From IMG/VR virus record IMGVR_UViG_3300036713_000695, positions 1-37,541 of that record: a stretch of 37,541 nucleotides of DNA. One strand, written 5' to 3'. Each line of letters starts with the position of its first letter. The first letter of the stretch is position 1. Shown in pieces: positions 27,760 to 35,567 of this stretch. This DNA comes from a virus. Taxonomy: Duplodnaviria > Caudoviricetes. A model generated the notes under the pieces. It was not told where the DNA came from and made no database searches. It saw nothing but the letters and a program-made list of their open reading frames with translations. Made by a program: the position numbers and the translations under genes.

Positions 27760-28116
27760 TTAGTGAATCGGATAATCTTTAGGGGGTCTAATAATTACCC
27801 CGTCATCTGAGAATTTTTCCTTGCGCCTGACCCCATCCGTTTCATCAAACGCATCCCGCTGTCCTCCAGAAATACCATCTGGCACCAGCGGTACATCGCC
27901 ATGCACCATGGATTTGAAGTTACTCTCAGATGCCTGCCCCTTTCGGGCTAGAGCGGCCCGAGCCTTGTGGTAGGCCTTCAACAGTTGCTCTCCGGTTGCT
28001 CTGATAAAGCTGCGACCTATAACAGTAGTCCCATCCTCTGCGAATACCAGATACTTCTCTTCCAGTACAGAATACTTGACCCTTCTGGAAATCTCTTCAG
28101 CGGTTAGCTTTCTCAT
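27760..28116 (-). CDS. Hypothetical protein (118 aa)
   Basis: GAGG SD; tiles the operon. Confidence 0.7.
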   Translation of the reverse strand: MRKLTAEEISRRVKYSVLEEKYLVFAEDGTTVIGRSFIRATGEQLLKAYHKARAALARKGQASESNFKSMVHGDVPLVPDGISGGQRDAFDETDGVRRKEKFSDDGVIIRPPKDYPIH

Positions 28117-28125
28117 CAGTCACCC

Positions 28126-30918
28126 TCATGAATTGATAATGGATACGTCGATGCCCTTCTTGCTCATAGCAGAAACAGACAGCTCAATGCAGTCTCCTTT
28201 CAGGGTCGCGTCTTTCAAGGACTTGGCAATGAAGTAAGGTTCCTGCTCTACCAGTGTCTCGAACTGATCGTACCGATCGATCACCGGAGTCCTTTGCCCT
28301 CTGCTAACAAACCGGACGTAGGCAGGATGGAAGCTTGGGGCCAAGGTAAACGCATCTCCCATTACTGAGTAATGTACACCTTCTACGATGCACTTCTCAA
28401 TCCTGGCTTCAGTCAAATCGACCATGGACATAACCGCTTTCAGAACCAGATCTATCTCGGATATCTGAGAGTGTAGGTGCATGGTCCCATCCACCGATAC
28501 GTAGGTGTCCTGCAGCCCAGTAACCAACTGATCAATGAGAGCCTTAGAGGCCGGTAGGTTGTTCCTAGTGCACACCTTGCCCAGGAATTTCAATCCGAGG
28601 ATGACCACGCTCTCGGAAAATCTCCGCCGATCATCCATACGGGAGTCAAGGCTTTCCAATATCGTTTGCAGTTCTTGCTGTACCTGCGCCGGTGAGGTAG
28701 TCAGGGCCTCCATTACCATCGCCTTAGCAACGTCTAGTAACCGGTCGGAGCGTTTCTCTGCCTCCCAGAATGACTCTGATTTTCCCTCCCTGTGGCGACG
28801 GGTAAGGTAAACTGAAATCGCTCTCTGTTGCTGCGCCGGTTCCGGTAGGCTTTGCTCAGACATGAACACCAACGGAGAAGAGATAGGCAGTTCGATAGTC
28901 GAAGCGCCCAGCCGACCGCGCATGTTCCCGGTCTTATCCAAGGTACCGCGGGGCATATTGCTACCGTTCCAGGCCGCCTTCAGGATCTCACTGGCATAAG
29001 CGTAATCCTGTTTCAGTTTGCTCTGGTTGAATTCATCCAGTAGCCGGGGCACCGTCGTGGTCGTCGTACACATATCCAGTAGCGCAAACTTAGACATACC
29101 CCCCACAGAGGAGGCGGCTATCCCGCTGGCTGAGTGGTATCTCAGGCCAGACAGACAGGCCCACAAGGTGGCACTCATGGTTTTGCCTGAGCCTGCAGCG
29201 CCCCACAGTGACAGGATGGGGAACTGGTGAAAGAACTGCATGATGTGTGGCTTCAGGTGACAGGCGGCATACCATCCACCTATCCTGGCGACTACGGCTT
29301 CCTGGTTGCTTGACAACAGAGAGGACAGCGCGACATCTACCGCCTCTGAATCCATTGGCCTATCTGGGATCTCCAGCAGGGACGGGATAGCCCCAACCCG
29401 CTTGCTCAGGCGGTGGGTATCCCCAACCATGAAGTGGTTGACCGATCCCTTCTCTTCGACGTATACCGCAATCTGGGATCGACCCATCCCTACCTGCTCG
29501 AGTATGAGCCCGGCCGTGTAAACTTGTGTGATCTTTCCCATTTCATTTTCCTTGTTTAAAAGTACCCCCTTCAGTTCTTGTACGTCCATGTCATTGCCAA
29601 TCCAAATGCAGTCCAGCTTACCCTGCAGTTCTTTTATCAGGCTAGACCTGGAGGAGAACGAGGTCTCTGTAATAAAGTGGTTACATCCGCGGTCCTGAGT
29701 CTGCAAAGTGAGATTCATTCCGGTTCTGGTTTCCCCGCCGGATATGGGATCCGACTCGTAAATAATTTCTTGTACCTCTATTGTGAAATTACTTAGTTGT
29801 CGCCGGCGTTCCGGCGGCCCAGAAAAATACCCACCTTCCACGATGGCCCACTGCGGGTTGCTTAAGGTTATCTCCTGTTGGCCCCGTCCTAATGGACAAC
29901 CATCGCAGGGGTAAGCCGTCAGCATCTTAATCAGCGGCTTACAGGAGAAGCTGTACGATGGCGTCGTCGCCACGTAATTACCAACCCCGACTATGTGGTC
30001 CAGCCGCGCGCGGTTCGTTGAGTACTTGGAACTGCTCCACTTGTCCGCCATACGGCTGTGCAACGTCCCGGCAACCGCATCGGAAATACCGGCTCTGGCA
30101 CAGTAGATGCCGAGCTGTAGCGCGGCCTCGTTCAGGCTAACGCTGCCGTCTGTTTGCCCTTCAACCAGGCCTTCTATACAGGCTGGTGTTTTCTCTCGGA
30201 TGGGGGCTATCTGCTCATCTGTCAACGGAGCAGTAATCTTTGGCGCACTGGCAACAGCTGCCCGGGCTCTCTCGAACAAGGTACTCAGCTGCACAGCCAT
30301 TTTTGGCGGGTCTTTTGGGTGCTCTACTGGATCCTTAACGGCGCTGCAAAGGGTAGCGTACCCTTCGATGTCCAGGGTTTCCAATTCCTTATGGGTAAGC
30401 TCTACCCGGTAGCGTCCGTCGTCGCGTTGCACATTGGCAATACGCCAGATGCATCCGCGGCCTCGGCTGTAGACTTGAAAGTCCATGCCAAGAACATGCA
30501 GGTCACGCGCCATTTCCTTGTATATCAGGGGCAGGTCCTTTACTGCTCTACCACTGCAGAAGGTTCTCGAATCCACCAGAACGTGGAACCCTTTAGACCC
30601 AGAGGCATAGACCCGTATATATCTTGGGTCGCATCCCATCTCAATCAGCTTTGTTACCAGGTCCCTGGTAGATTGGAGGGCCTGTGTCAGATCCTGCTTG
30701 TTATCGATATCAAAATATAGAGGCCCCTTATACGAGGTGGTGTCTTTCAGTGCTTGAAGCTCGGCCTCAGACTCTACGCCTGCGCCATTCAAGTTGTTAC
30801 TGGTAGCCAGTATGGTTATCCGCTTTGCCCCAAGTTCCGTCGCTTCTGCTAGGACGTTAGGGCTGTCTGGGATAGTGAGCCATGCAGACTTCTCTCCGGT
30901 CTGGTAATAGCGCCACAT
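28126..30918 (-). CDS. AEP-family primase-polymerase fused to a P-loop helicase (930 aa)
   Basis: AEP motifs YFDID and SGSKGFHV, a central four-Cys region, and C-terminal Walker A GAAGSGKT and Walker B LLDE. Confidence 0.88.
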   Translation of the reverse strand: MWRYYQTGEKSAWLTIPDSPNVLAEATELGAKRITILATSNNLNGAGVESEAELQALKDTTSYKGPLYFDIDNKQDLTQALQSTRDLVTKLIEMGCDPRYIRVYASGSKGFHVLVDSRTFCSGRAVKDLPLIYKEMARDLHVLGMDFQVYSRGRGCIWRIANVQRDDGRYRVELTHKELETLDIEGYATLCSAVKDPVEHPKDPPKMAVQLSTLFERARAAVASAPKITAPLTDEQIAPIREKTPACIEGLVEGQTDGSVSLNEAALQLGIYCARAGISDAVAGTLHSRMADKWSSSKYSTNRARLDHIVGVGNYVATTPSYSFSCKPLIKMLTAYPCDGCPLGRGQQEITLSNPQWAIVEGGYFSGPPERRRQLSNFTIEVQEIIYESDPISGGETRTGMNLTLQTQDRGCNHFITETSFSSRSSLIKELQGKLDCIWIGNDMDVQELKGVLLNKENEMGKITQVYTAGLILEQVGMGRSQIAVYVEEKGSVNHFMVGDTHRLSKRVGAIPSLLEIPDRPMDSEAVDVALSSLLSSNQEAVVARIGGWYAACHLKPHIMQFFHQFPILSLWGAAGSGKTMSATLWACLSGLRYHSASGIAASSVGGMSKFALLDMCTTTTTVPRLLDEFNQSKLKQDYAYASEILKAAWNGSNMPRGTLDKTGNMRGRLGASTIELPISSPLVFMSEQSLPEPAQQQRAISVYLTRRHREGKSESFWEAEKRSDRLLDVAKAMVMEALTTSPAQVQQELQTILESLDSRMDDRRRFSESVVILGLKFLGKVCTRNNLPASKALIDQLVTGLQDTYVSVDGTMHLHSQISEIDLVLKAVMSMVDLTEARIEKCIVEGVHYSVMGDAFTLAPSFHPAYVRFVSRGQRTPVIDRYDQFETLVEQEPYFIAKSLKDATLKGDCIELSVSAMSKKGIDVSIINS

Positions 30919-30923
30919 CAGCC

Positions 30924-31136
30924 TTACTCCTGGGGATTGTTTTTAGACTCCGCATCTATTTCAAGTTCGATACCAAACGCAAGTAACTCCTTCTCTATTA
31001 ACCGGTTGAGTGTTATCTCTCTGGCCAGTTCGGCCCTGAGAGTTTCAATGGTAGTGCATAACAATTCGATGGCAGGGTCGGACCTGTCAGCAAACTGAAG
31101 GGCGACCAGTGAGTCTGTGAGAGGACTGTCAGACAT
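30924..31136 (-). CDS. Hypothetical protein (70 aa, MSDSPL...; start revised from the ORF track)
   Basis: ATG at 31136 follows a GGGGGTGGAG purine run and overlaps the upstream stop by 8 nt. Confidence 0.6.
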   Translation of the reverse strand: MSDSPLTDSLVALQFADRSDPAIELLCTTIETLRAELAREITLNRLIEKELLAFGIELEIDAESKNNPQE

Positions 31137-31497
31137 GCTCCACCCCCAGATCCAAATCGCTGATAACCTGCTCAAACAGAGATAGCGACAGGTTAGAACG
31201 CTTGCCATCCACGGTGAAGAACGGTATCAACCCATCTACCGTAGCGGAGTAATCGCTGTCGATGAGGTCGCTCTCTCCAGGCAGGCAGGTGCATCCGATA
31301 CTGGTGCCGATGTACGCCCCGGAGCTGGACCGGAATATCCTCAGCTCGGTCCACCGGTCCCGCGTCTCGTGCGGGTCAGAGGTAGCAAACGCCACAAGTT
31401 CGCCGTCGAACTTGATGTATCGACCGGCATCTTTGCGGGGGATAGTGAAATCCCTCACTTCGGCACCGATCTCTTTTGGGAAATTTAATCTGTTCAC
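31129..31497 (-). CDS. Hypothetical protein (122 aa)
   Basis: GTG start with AAGGAG upstream; IKFDGELVA...RWTELRIFRSSSGAYI resembles a recurrent small phage family. Confidence 0.7.
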   Translation of the reverse strand: MNRLNFPKEIGAEVRDFTIPRKDAGRYIKFDGELVAFATSDPHETRDRWTELRIFRSSSGAYIGTSIGCTCLPGESDLIDSDYSATVDGLIPFFTVDGKRSNLSLSLFEQVISDLDLGVEHV

Positions 31498-31526
31498 CTT
31501 CTATTTCTCCTTCAGTTTCGTGCTGA

Positions 31527-31811
31527 TCAATTCGGCCGACGGCCTACGTGAAGAGTGAGGGTATCCGATACGCTGTCAAAATCCAAGCGGTCGAACTCCC
31601 CGGTGGCTACAGCCTTCTTTAAGGCTTGTGTTGGGGTTGACGCTCTGACCAGAACCTGCTTAGCCTGAGCCGGCGGGTCCAGATCATCGACGTCGCCGAT
31701 TGCGGCCCAGACCTGATAATCCCGTTCCCCGGTTTCGAAGCAGTGCATATCTACTCCGTCTTTGAATACTAATTCGTGTGCAACTGCTGGATATATCTCT
31801 TTCGTTTTCAT
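31527..31811 (-). CDS. Hypothetical protein (94 aa)
   Basis: ATGA coupling and GGAG SD. Confidence 0.65.
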   Translation of the reverse strand: MKTKEIYPAVAHELVFKDGVDMHCFETGERDYQVWAAIGDVDDLDPPAQAKQVLVRASTPTQALKKAVATGEFDRLDFDSVSDTLTLHVGRRPN

Positions 31812-32011
31812 GTTCTTGCTCCCGCGATGATATTGTTACCCATTCGTATTTTGTCAAACCAGGGTGCTATTTCTGCCTGGTAAGTGGATAGCTTACGGTT
31901 CTCCTGCCAACCTTTAGTCGTTTCTTTACCAACGCCTGTCCGATCGCCAGGGTACACAGTAAAGTAAGCCCGGCCCTTTTGTCCAGGCTTCAGAGCCTCA
32001 GTGGTTACCAC
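31808..32011 (-). CDS. Hypothetical protein (67 aa)
   Basis: Fills the gap between coupled genes; GTG start is uncertain. Confidence 0.5.
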   Translation of the reverse strand: MVTTEALKPGQKGRAYFTVYPGDRTGVGKETTKGWQENRKLSTYQAEIAPWFDKIRMGNNIIAGART

Positions 32012-32598
32012 CCCAAGATTTTATTTATATCCTGCGTACTGGCTACAGGGAGGTTCGCAGAGGAAGCACCAGTTAAGTACGGGGTAACAAACTTAGCGAT
32101 CTCTGGCCAGGACTCGAGCAGTTGTTTAGTCGTGTTCACCGATGCCAGAAGCGTCCTGGTTTGGCTCTTGGTTGCATCCCGCTTCGCCTTCCTGGCCTCG
32201 ACCAGTTTGTACCGCTCATAAAATAGCTTAGTCAGCGTCCAATCCAACATGTATCCTTCGAGCTTTAGCTTGTTGCTAGGACCTCTGACGCTTTCCTCCA
32301 CCGGGACAGAGATTGTGCATTGGCCAGCCCGGGTCACGGCTATCATTTTCGTAGTGAAAATGAAATCGGGTGCGTTTTCGTGTGTCTCCATCGCCCGGAG
32401 CATAGAAGAATAGGTACCACCGTAGGTATCTGCCAAATAATATCGCCACAGCTTGGTGGCTATTATCTGCATGTCTATCGCAGGGTTTTGAGAGTCAAAG
32501 ACTTTCAAAACATTCGCCGCAATCTCCTCCCGCATTGTGGTCGTGAGTTTTACCGACCGGTATTTGGGTTTTACTATAGTTTCTTCTGTCATTTTCAT
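32005..32598 (-). CDS. Nmad5-like protein (nucleotide modification associated domain 5)
   Basis: N-terminal KLTTTMREEI and C-terminal LASVNTTKQLLESWPE match the family pattern. Confidence 0.75.
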   Translation of the reverse strand: MKMTEETIVKPKYRSVKLTTTMREEIAANVLKVFDSQNPAIDMQIIATKLWRYYLADTYGGTYSSMLRAMETHENAPDFIFTTKMIAVTRAGQCTISVPVEESVRGPSNKLKLEGYMLDWTLTKLFYERYKLVEARKAKRDATKSQTRTLLASVNTTKQLLESWPEIAKFVTPYLTGASSANLPVASTQDINKILGW

Positions 32599-32843
32599 TC
32601 TCCTTCTGCCAATTCCAAGTACAGCTCCAGCGTGTGCTTGGCTTTCTTTATGTCAGCCATGCCTCCCTTATCCCGTTCACGGGCCAGGTAGGCAATGACG
32701 GTACCTTTGCAAAAGCCTCGCAGCTCATCAGGAGTCAGCCACTTTGAAGCAACTATCCAGGGCTGGTGCTCACCCAGCTTGCTGTAGTGGTTGCCACCTT
32801 CCTGCGAAGCAAAGGCCGACTTCAGTTTCTTTTTCTTTGTCAT
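32595..32843 (-). CDS. DUF3310-like protein (82 aa)
   Basis: QEGGNHY...GFCKGTVIAYLARERDKGGMADIKKA pattern. Confidence 0.8.
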   Translation of the reverse strand: MTKKKKLKSAFASQEGGNHYSKLGEHQPWIVASKWLTPDELRGFCKGTVIAYLARERDKGGMADIKKAKHTLELYLELAEGE

Positions 32844-32858
32844 TAGTTTGTCTCCTCT

Positions 32859-33152
32859 CTAGTTCTTACTCTTAGGAACACCCCACGATTGGCACATCGC
32901 CAGTCGTTTAATATCGTTTGATATTACCGCAGTGGGGTTACGATTCGAACGCCGACCTCCGTTTGGCAGGTACGCCTTAGCCTGGCCGGCAATACCCAGC
33001 TTCTTGGCCCTGGCCCTAATTGCACCAGGCGTCCTGTCTATACCTACCCCTGCCTTCAGCAGTACGGAGATTTTATCTGCAGGCATGATATTGTAGTTGG
33101 CGGTTACAATCTCGTCCTCTTCCTCACTCCAATCAAAATATGCCATTTTCAT
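32859..33152 (-). CDS. Myb/SANT-like helix-turn-helix DNA-binding protein (97 aa)
   Basis: WSEEEDEI...RTPGAIRARAKKLG pattern; GAGG SD. Confidence 0.7.
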   Translation of the reverse strand: MKMAYFDWSEEEDEIVTANYNIMPADKISVLLKAGVGIDRTPGAIRARAKKLGIAGQAKAYLPNGGRRSNRNPTAVISNDIKRLAMCQSWGVPKSKN

Positions 33153-33164
33153 TTTCCTCTTCAG

Positions 33165-33341
33165 TTAAAGTTTCAGTTTGAAGACTATCGTTTTCCTGCA
33201 GCGAAGACAGTTCACATCTCTAGGGTCATAAGCCGCATACGCTGCACCAACTAACCCACAGGCGGTAGACCCATCCTTCAATTTAAGGTGGACAGGTTTA
33301 CCGATAGTGAGGATATGTTTAAACCGACGGGAGTCACTCAC
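33165..33341 (-). CDS. Small putative zinc-finger protein (58 aa, MSDSRRF...H..CG...CLRC); not in the ORF track
   Basis: Translated by hand. GTG start overlaps the upstream stop, the ORF fills the gap exactly, and it has an H-x9-C-x16-CxxC pattern. Confidence 0.6.
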   Translation of the reverse strand: MSDSRRFKHILTIGKPVHLKLKDGSTACGLVGAAYAAYDPRDVNCLRCRKTIVFKLKL

Positions 33342-33546
33342 CTTGATGCTTTCTCAGTACCGTTATCAGTCCGTTGAGTTCAATCAGCAGGGCTTCAGTC
33401 TCCTGCATAATCTCCCACTGGCTTCCGTCCATATAGGTGCTGTGGTTAGGGTCGTCGTGTCGGGCTTCGGCGGTGTCCCGGGCTTGCTTGATGTAGGTAG
33501 AACACCTTTCAAAAATATCGACAAGTTCTGCCGGGTCTGAAATCAT
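33334..33546 (-). CDS. Hypothetical protein (70 aa)
   Basis: Start codon and SD are supplied by the repeat copy at 33543-33564. Confidence 0.7.
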   Translation of the reverse strand: MISDPAELVDIFERCSTYIKQARDTAEARHDDPNHSTYMDGSQWEIMQETEALLIELNGLITVLRKHQGE

Positions 33547-33564
33547 TTCATTTTCTCCAGTTCA
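33543..33564 (-). repeat. 22-bp direct repeat, copy 1 (TGAACTGGAGAAAATGAAATGA on the - strand)
   Basis: Exact match to 33738-33759 and 34038-34059. Confidence 0.95.
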
Positions 33565-33741
33565 ATTATCCAAAACAGCATGCTCACAGACAGGGCACGG
33601 GACTTTAGCAACCCACAAGTCACCATCCCATTCTGCCTTAGCCATATCGATACTGCCGTCGTCATTCTCAATGTTTTTTGGGAAGTATAACCGGTCTTTG
33701 TCTAAGACAACCCCGCAGGATTCACAACTGATTAAGTTCAT
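33562..33741 (-). CDS. Small zinc-ribbon protein (59 aa, MNLISCESCG...CPVCEHAVLDN); not in the ORF track
   Basis: Translated by hand; two CxxC pairs. The start lies in repeat copy 2 and the stop in repeat copy 1. Confidence 0.8.
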   Translation of the reverse strand: MNLISCESCGVVLDKDRLYFPKNIENDDGSIDMAKAEWDGDLWVAKVPCPVCEHAVLDN

Positions 33742-33759
33742 TTCATTTTCTCCAGTTCA
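33738..33759 (-). repeat. 22-bp direct repeat, copy 2
   Basis: Exact match to the other two copies. Confidence 0.95.
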
Positions 33760-34041
33760 ACTCTTAAACTGTAAATAATCTCGCATTGGTTTATACAGCA
33801 TCGGCTCAGCAACGCAAGGGTGCCTTTGGATATATCCAGAGGTAAAACTCAGCCGGTCAAAAACAGCCGGAGGCAGCAGTAATTTGCACCCCTTGTCAGG
33901 GTCAACTCCTTGGGTACGCATATACTCTGCTATTGGGTCTTTAGGGATACGACGCAGCGCATCTCGTATGGTATCTATAGTCACCGCATCACTCGTTGAG
34001 GTATTCGTAGCTGATGTCTGTGCATCACTCATAATTTTCAT
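33757..34041 (-). CDS. Hypothetical protein (94 aa)
   Basis: The start lies in repeat copy 3 and the stop in repeat copy 2. Confidence 0.75.
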   Translation of the reverse strand: MKIMSDAQTSATNTSTSDAVTIDTIRDALRRIPKDPIAEYMRTQGVDPDKGCKLLLPPAVFDRLSFTSGYIQRHPCVAEPMLYKPMRDYLQFKS

Positions 34042-34059
34042 TTCATTTTCTCCAGTTCA
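34038..34059 (-). repeat. 22-bp direct repeat, copy 3
   Basis: Exact match; here it also encodes the last residues (ELEKMK*) of the upstream gene. Confidence 0.95.
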
Positions 34060-34193
34060 GCCACACGTTCGCGCAGCCGGGTTATCTCCGCGGCAATCCT
34101 GCCCAAGGCTCTGGCATCTATATAGTTAACGACGCCTTTGCCTCCTTTCTTTGCCAGGTATTCTAACCAGGCTACATACTTGTCAATATCCAT
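34038..34193 (-). CDS. Hypothetical protein (51 aa, MDIDKY...; start revised from the ORF track)
   Basis: GGAG SD 7 nt before the ATG at 34193; this start avoids a long overlap with thyX. Confidence 0.7.
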   Translation of the reverse strand: MDIDKYVAWLEYLAKKGGKGVVNYIDARALGRIAAEITRLRERVAELEKMK

Positions 34194-34212
34194 AGTACTT
34201 CTCCGGATAGTA

Positions 34213-34914
34213 TCAGGGTTTGGGCTTATAGGATCCTTCAGCTTCAAACAACTCCCATGTACGCGGAAACCTTTCAGCAATCAACGTACCGACGGCATCG
34301 GCATACTGTCGAATCTCCCACTGAGCATTCGGGGCCTTCCTCAGGGTCAGGAAAGCCAGCCAGTTTCTCAGGACCGCACTGGCCCTCATCTTGGAGTAGC
34401 GGGCTACAGGGACTGGCAACCGCGCCAGTTCTTTTGGGATGCCGATATTCAAGCCCAGCTGATACACTTGTTGAGCGTGAATATAAACTTGTTCAAGCGC
34501 GGCCAACCATTGCATAGCCTGCGGCCCCGTCAGTTCTACGCCTGAGCCCTGAGCCTGCTTGTTTGTCGTTGCGGTATTGGCCCCAGCCAGTAACCGGTCA
34601 ACAGTTGGCATGTAATTTTCATCTGGCAGAGGGATGTACCGGGCGCTCATTTCATTGTAACTTTGAGTCCTGTGCCGGTGCCATTCTCTGAAGATAAAGA
34701 TCGGTGCCTTAACCTGCACAATAAGCCCCGCCATCTCAAACGGAGTAGAGTGCTTGTTGTTATACAGGTAGGCCAACAACTTGGCATCTTCACTCCATCC
34801 GCGGAAGGCCCCGTCAGTGGACATACGGGCCGCCTCAATGATGCTCTGATCACTGCCCCAGCCTTCGATACCCTGGACGTAACCGTGGTCCAGTAATTCT
34901 ATTCGTTCAGTCAT
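34213..34914 (-). CDS. thyX: Flavin-dependent thymidylate synthase
   Basis: HSTPFE, RHR-x7-S (RHRTQSYNEMSARY) and AQWEIR motifs. Confidence 0.95.
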   Translation of the reverse strand: MTERIELLDHGYVQGIEGWGSDQSIIEAARMSTDGAFRGWSEDAKLLAYLYNNKHSTPFEMAGLIVQVKAPIFIFREWHRHRTQSYNEMSARYIPLPDENYMPTVDRLLAGANTATTNKQAQGSGVELTGPQAMQWLAALEQVYIHAQQVYQLGLNIGIPKELARLPVPVARYSKMRASAVLRNWLAFLTLRKAPNAQWEIRQYADAVGTLIAERFPRTWELFEAEGSYKPKP

Positions 34915-35222
34915 TTAGTTTCCTCGCCTAAAGCGTAATCTACTAAGTGTTTTACTGCGACCTGAAAAGCATCTTGCCTATACTGGGTAGTCAACTTACG
35001 AATCTCTTCCAAGGCACGACGGTAGCGCAAGTGCTCCTTTTGGGCTTGTAACAAACCAGCATGAGAGAGTAACTTCTCCGCATCTGCCAGCTGACTTCGT
35101 AGCTTGATGAGTTCTTCTAAATAAGGGTCTACATCGGCATCAAGATAGTAAGAACCTTGATTGTACTCACCTACCCCATCCTCGAAACAGTCATATCTGG
35201 TTAATTCTATAGGCAGCTGCAT
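34911..35222 (-). CDS. Hypothetical protein (103 aa from MQLP; alternative start at 35270)
   Basis: Strong AAGGAG SD before the ATG at 35222; ATGA coupling to thyX. Confidence 0.65.
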   Translation of the reverse strand: MQLPIELTRYDCFEDGVGEYNQGSYYLDADVDPYLEELIKLRSQLADAEKLLSHAGLLQAQKEHLRYRRALEEIRKLTTQYRQDAFQVAVKHLVDYALGEETK

Positions 35223-35243
35223 TTCGTTTTCTCCTTTATAAGT

Positions 35244-35321
35244 CCCACCCCTGCACTGGTTGTCCGCCATCCGTCCTTCATCTCTCCTGTTAAGTGAGTG
35301 AACTAGGTGTGCAGAGGTGGG
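35244..35321 (-). other. Intergenic long-range inverted repeat / structured RNA candidate
   Basis: CCCACCUCUGCAC pairs with GUGCAGGGGUGGG (13 bp with one G-U) on the - strand, enclosing 52 nt. Confidence 0.5.
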
Positions 35322-35327
35322 GTTGAA

Positions 35328-35567
35328 CTATTTAAACTCTGGTTTGGTATGTTTAGTGTCAATCACACGCCGAGTCTCTTCCTTGTTATCCCTGTGATAC
35401 TCGATCCAGGTACCGCAGACGTCACAAGCAGAGTAGTAATTGGATACCTGCCAGACTTCAAGCATATCAAGTTGACAATCCCGGTCCTTACTTTGAAAGT
35501 CAATTACCTTGTTACCGCAGGTGGGGCAGACACACTCGAAATTTACGCTATCAAACATACCCATCAC
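35328..35567 (-). CDS. Small zinc-ribbon protein (79 aa)
   Basis: MGMFDSV..CPTC...FQSKD...CDVC pattern; AAGGAG SD. Confidence 0.75.
   Translation of the reverse strand: MMGMFDSVNFECVCPTCGNKVIDFQSKDRDCQLDMLEVWQVSNYYSACDVCGTWIEYHRDNKEETRRVIDTKHTKPEFK

Noticed and set aside
33543-34059. CRISPR array interpretation of the 22-bp repeats
   Set aside because: The intervals are 173 and 278 bp and encode whole genes, the repeat is not palindromic, and no cas genes are present.
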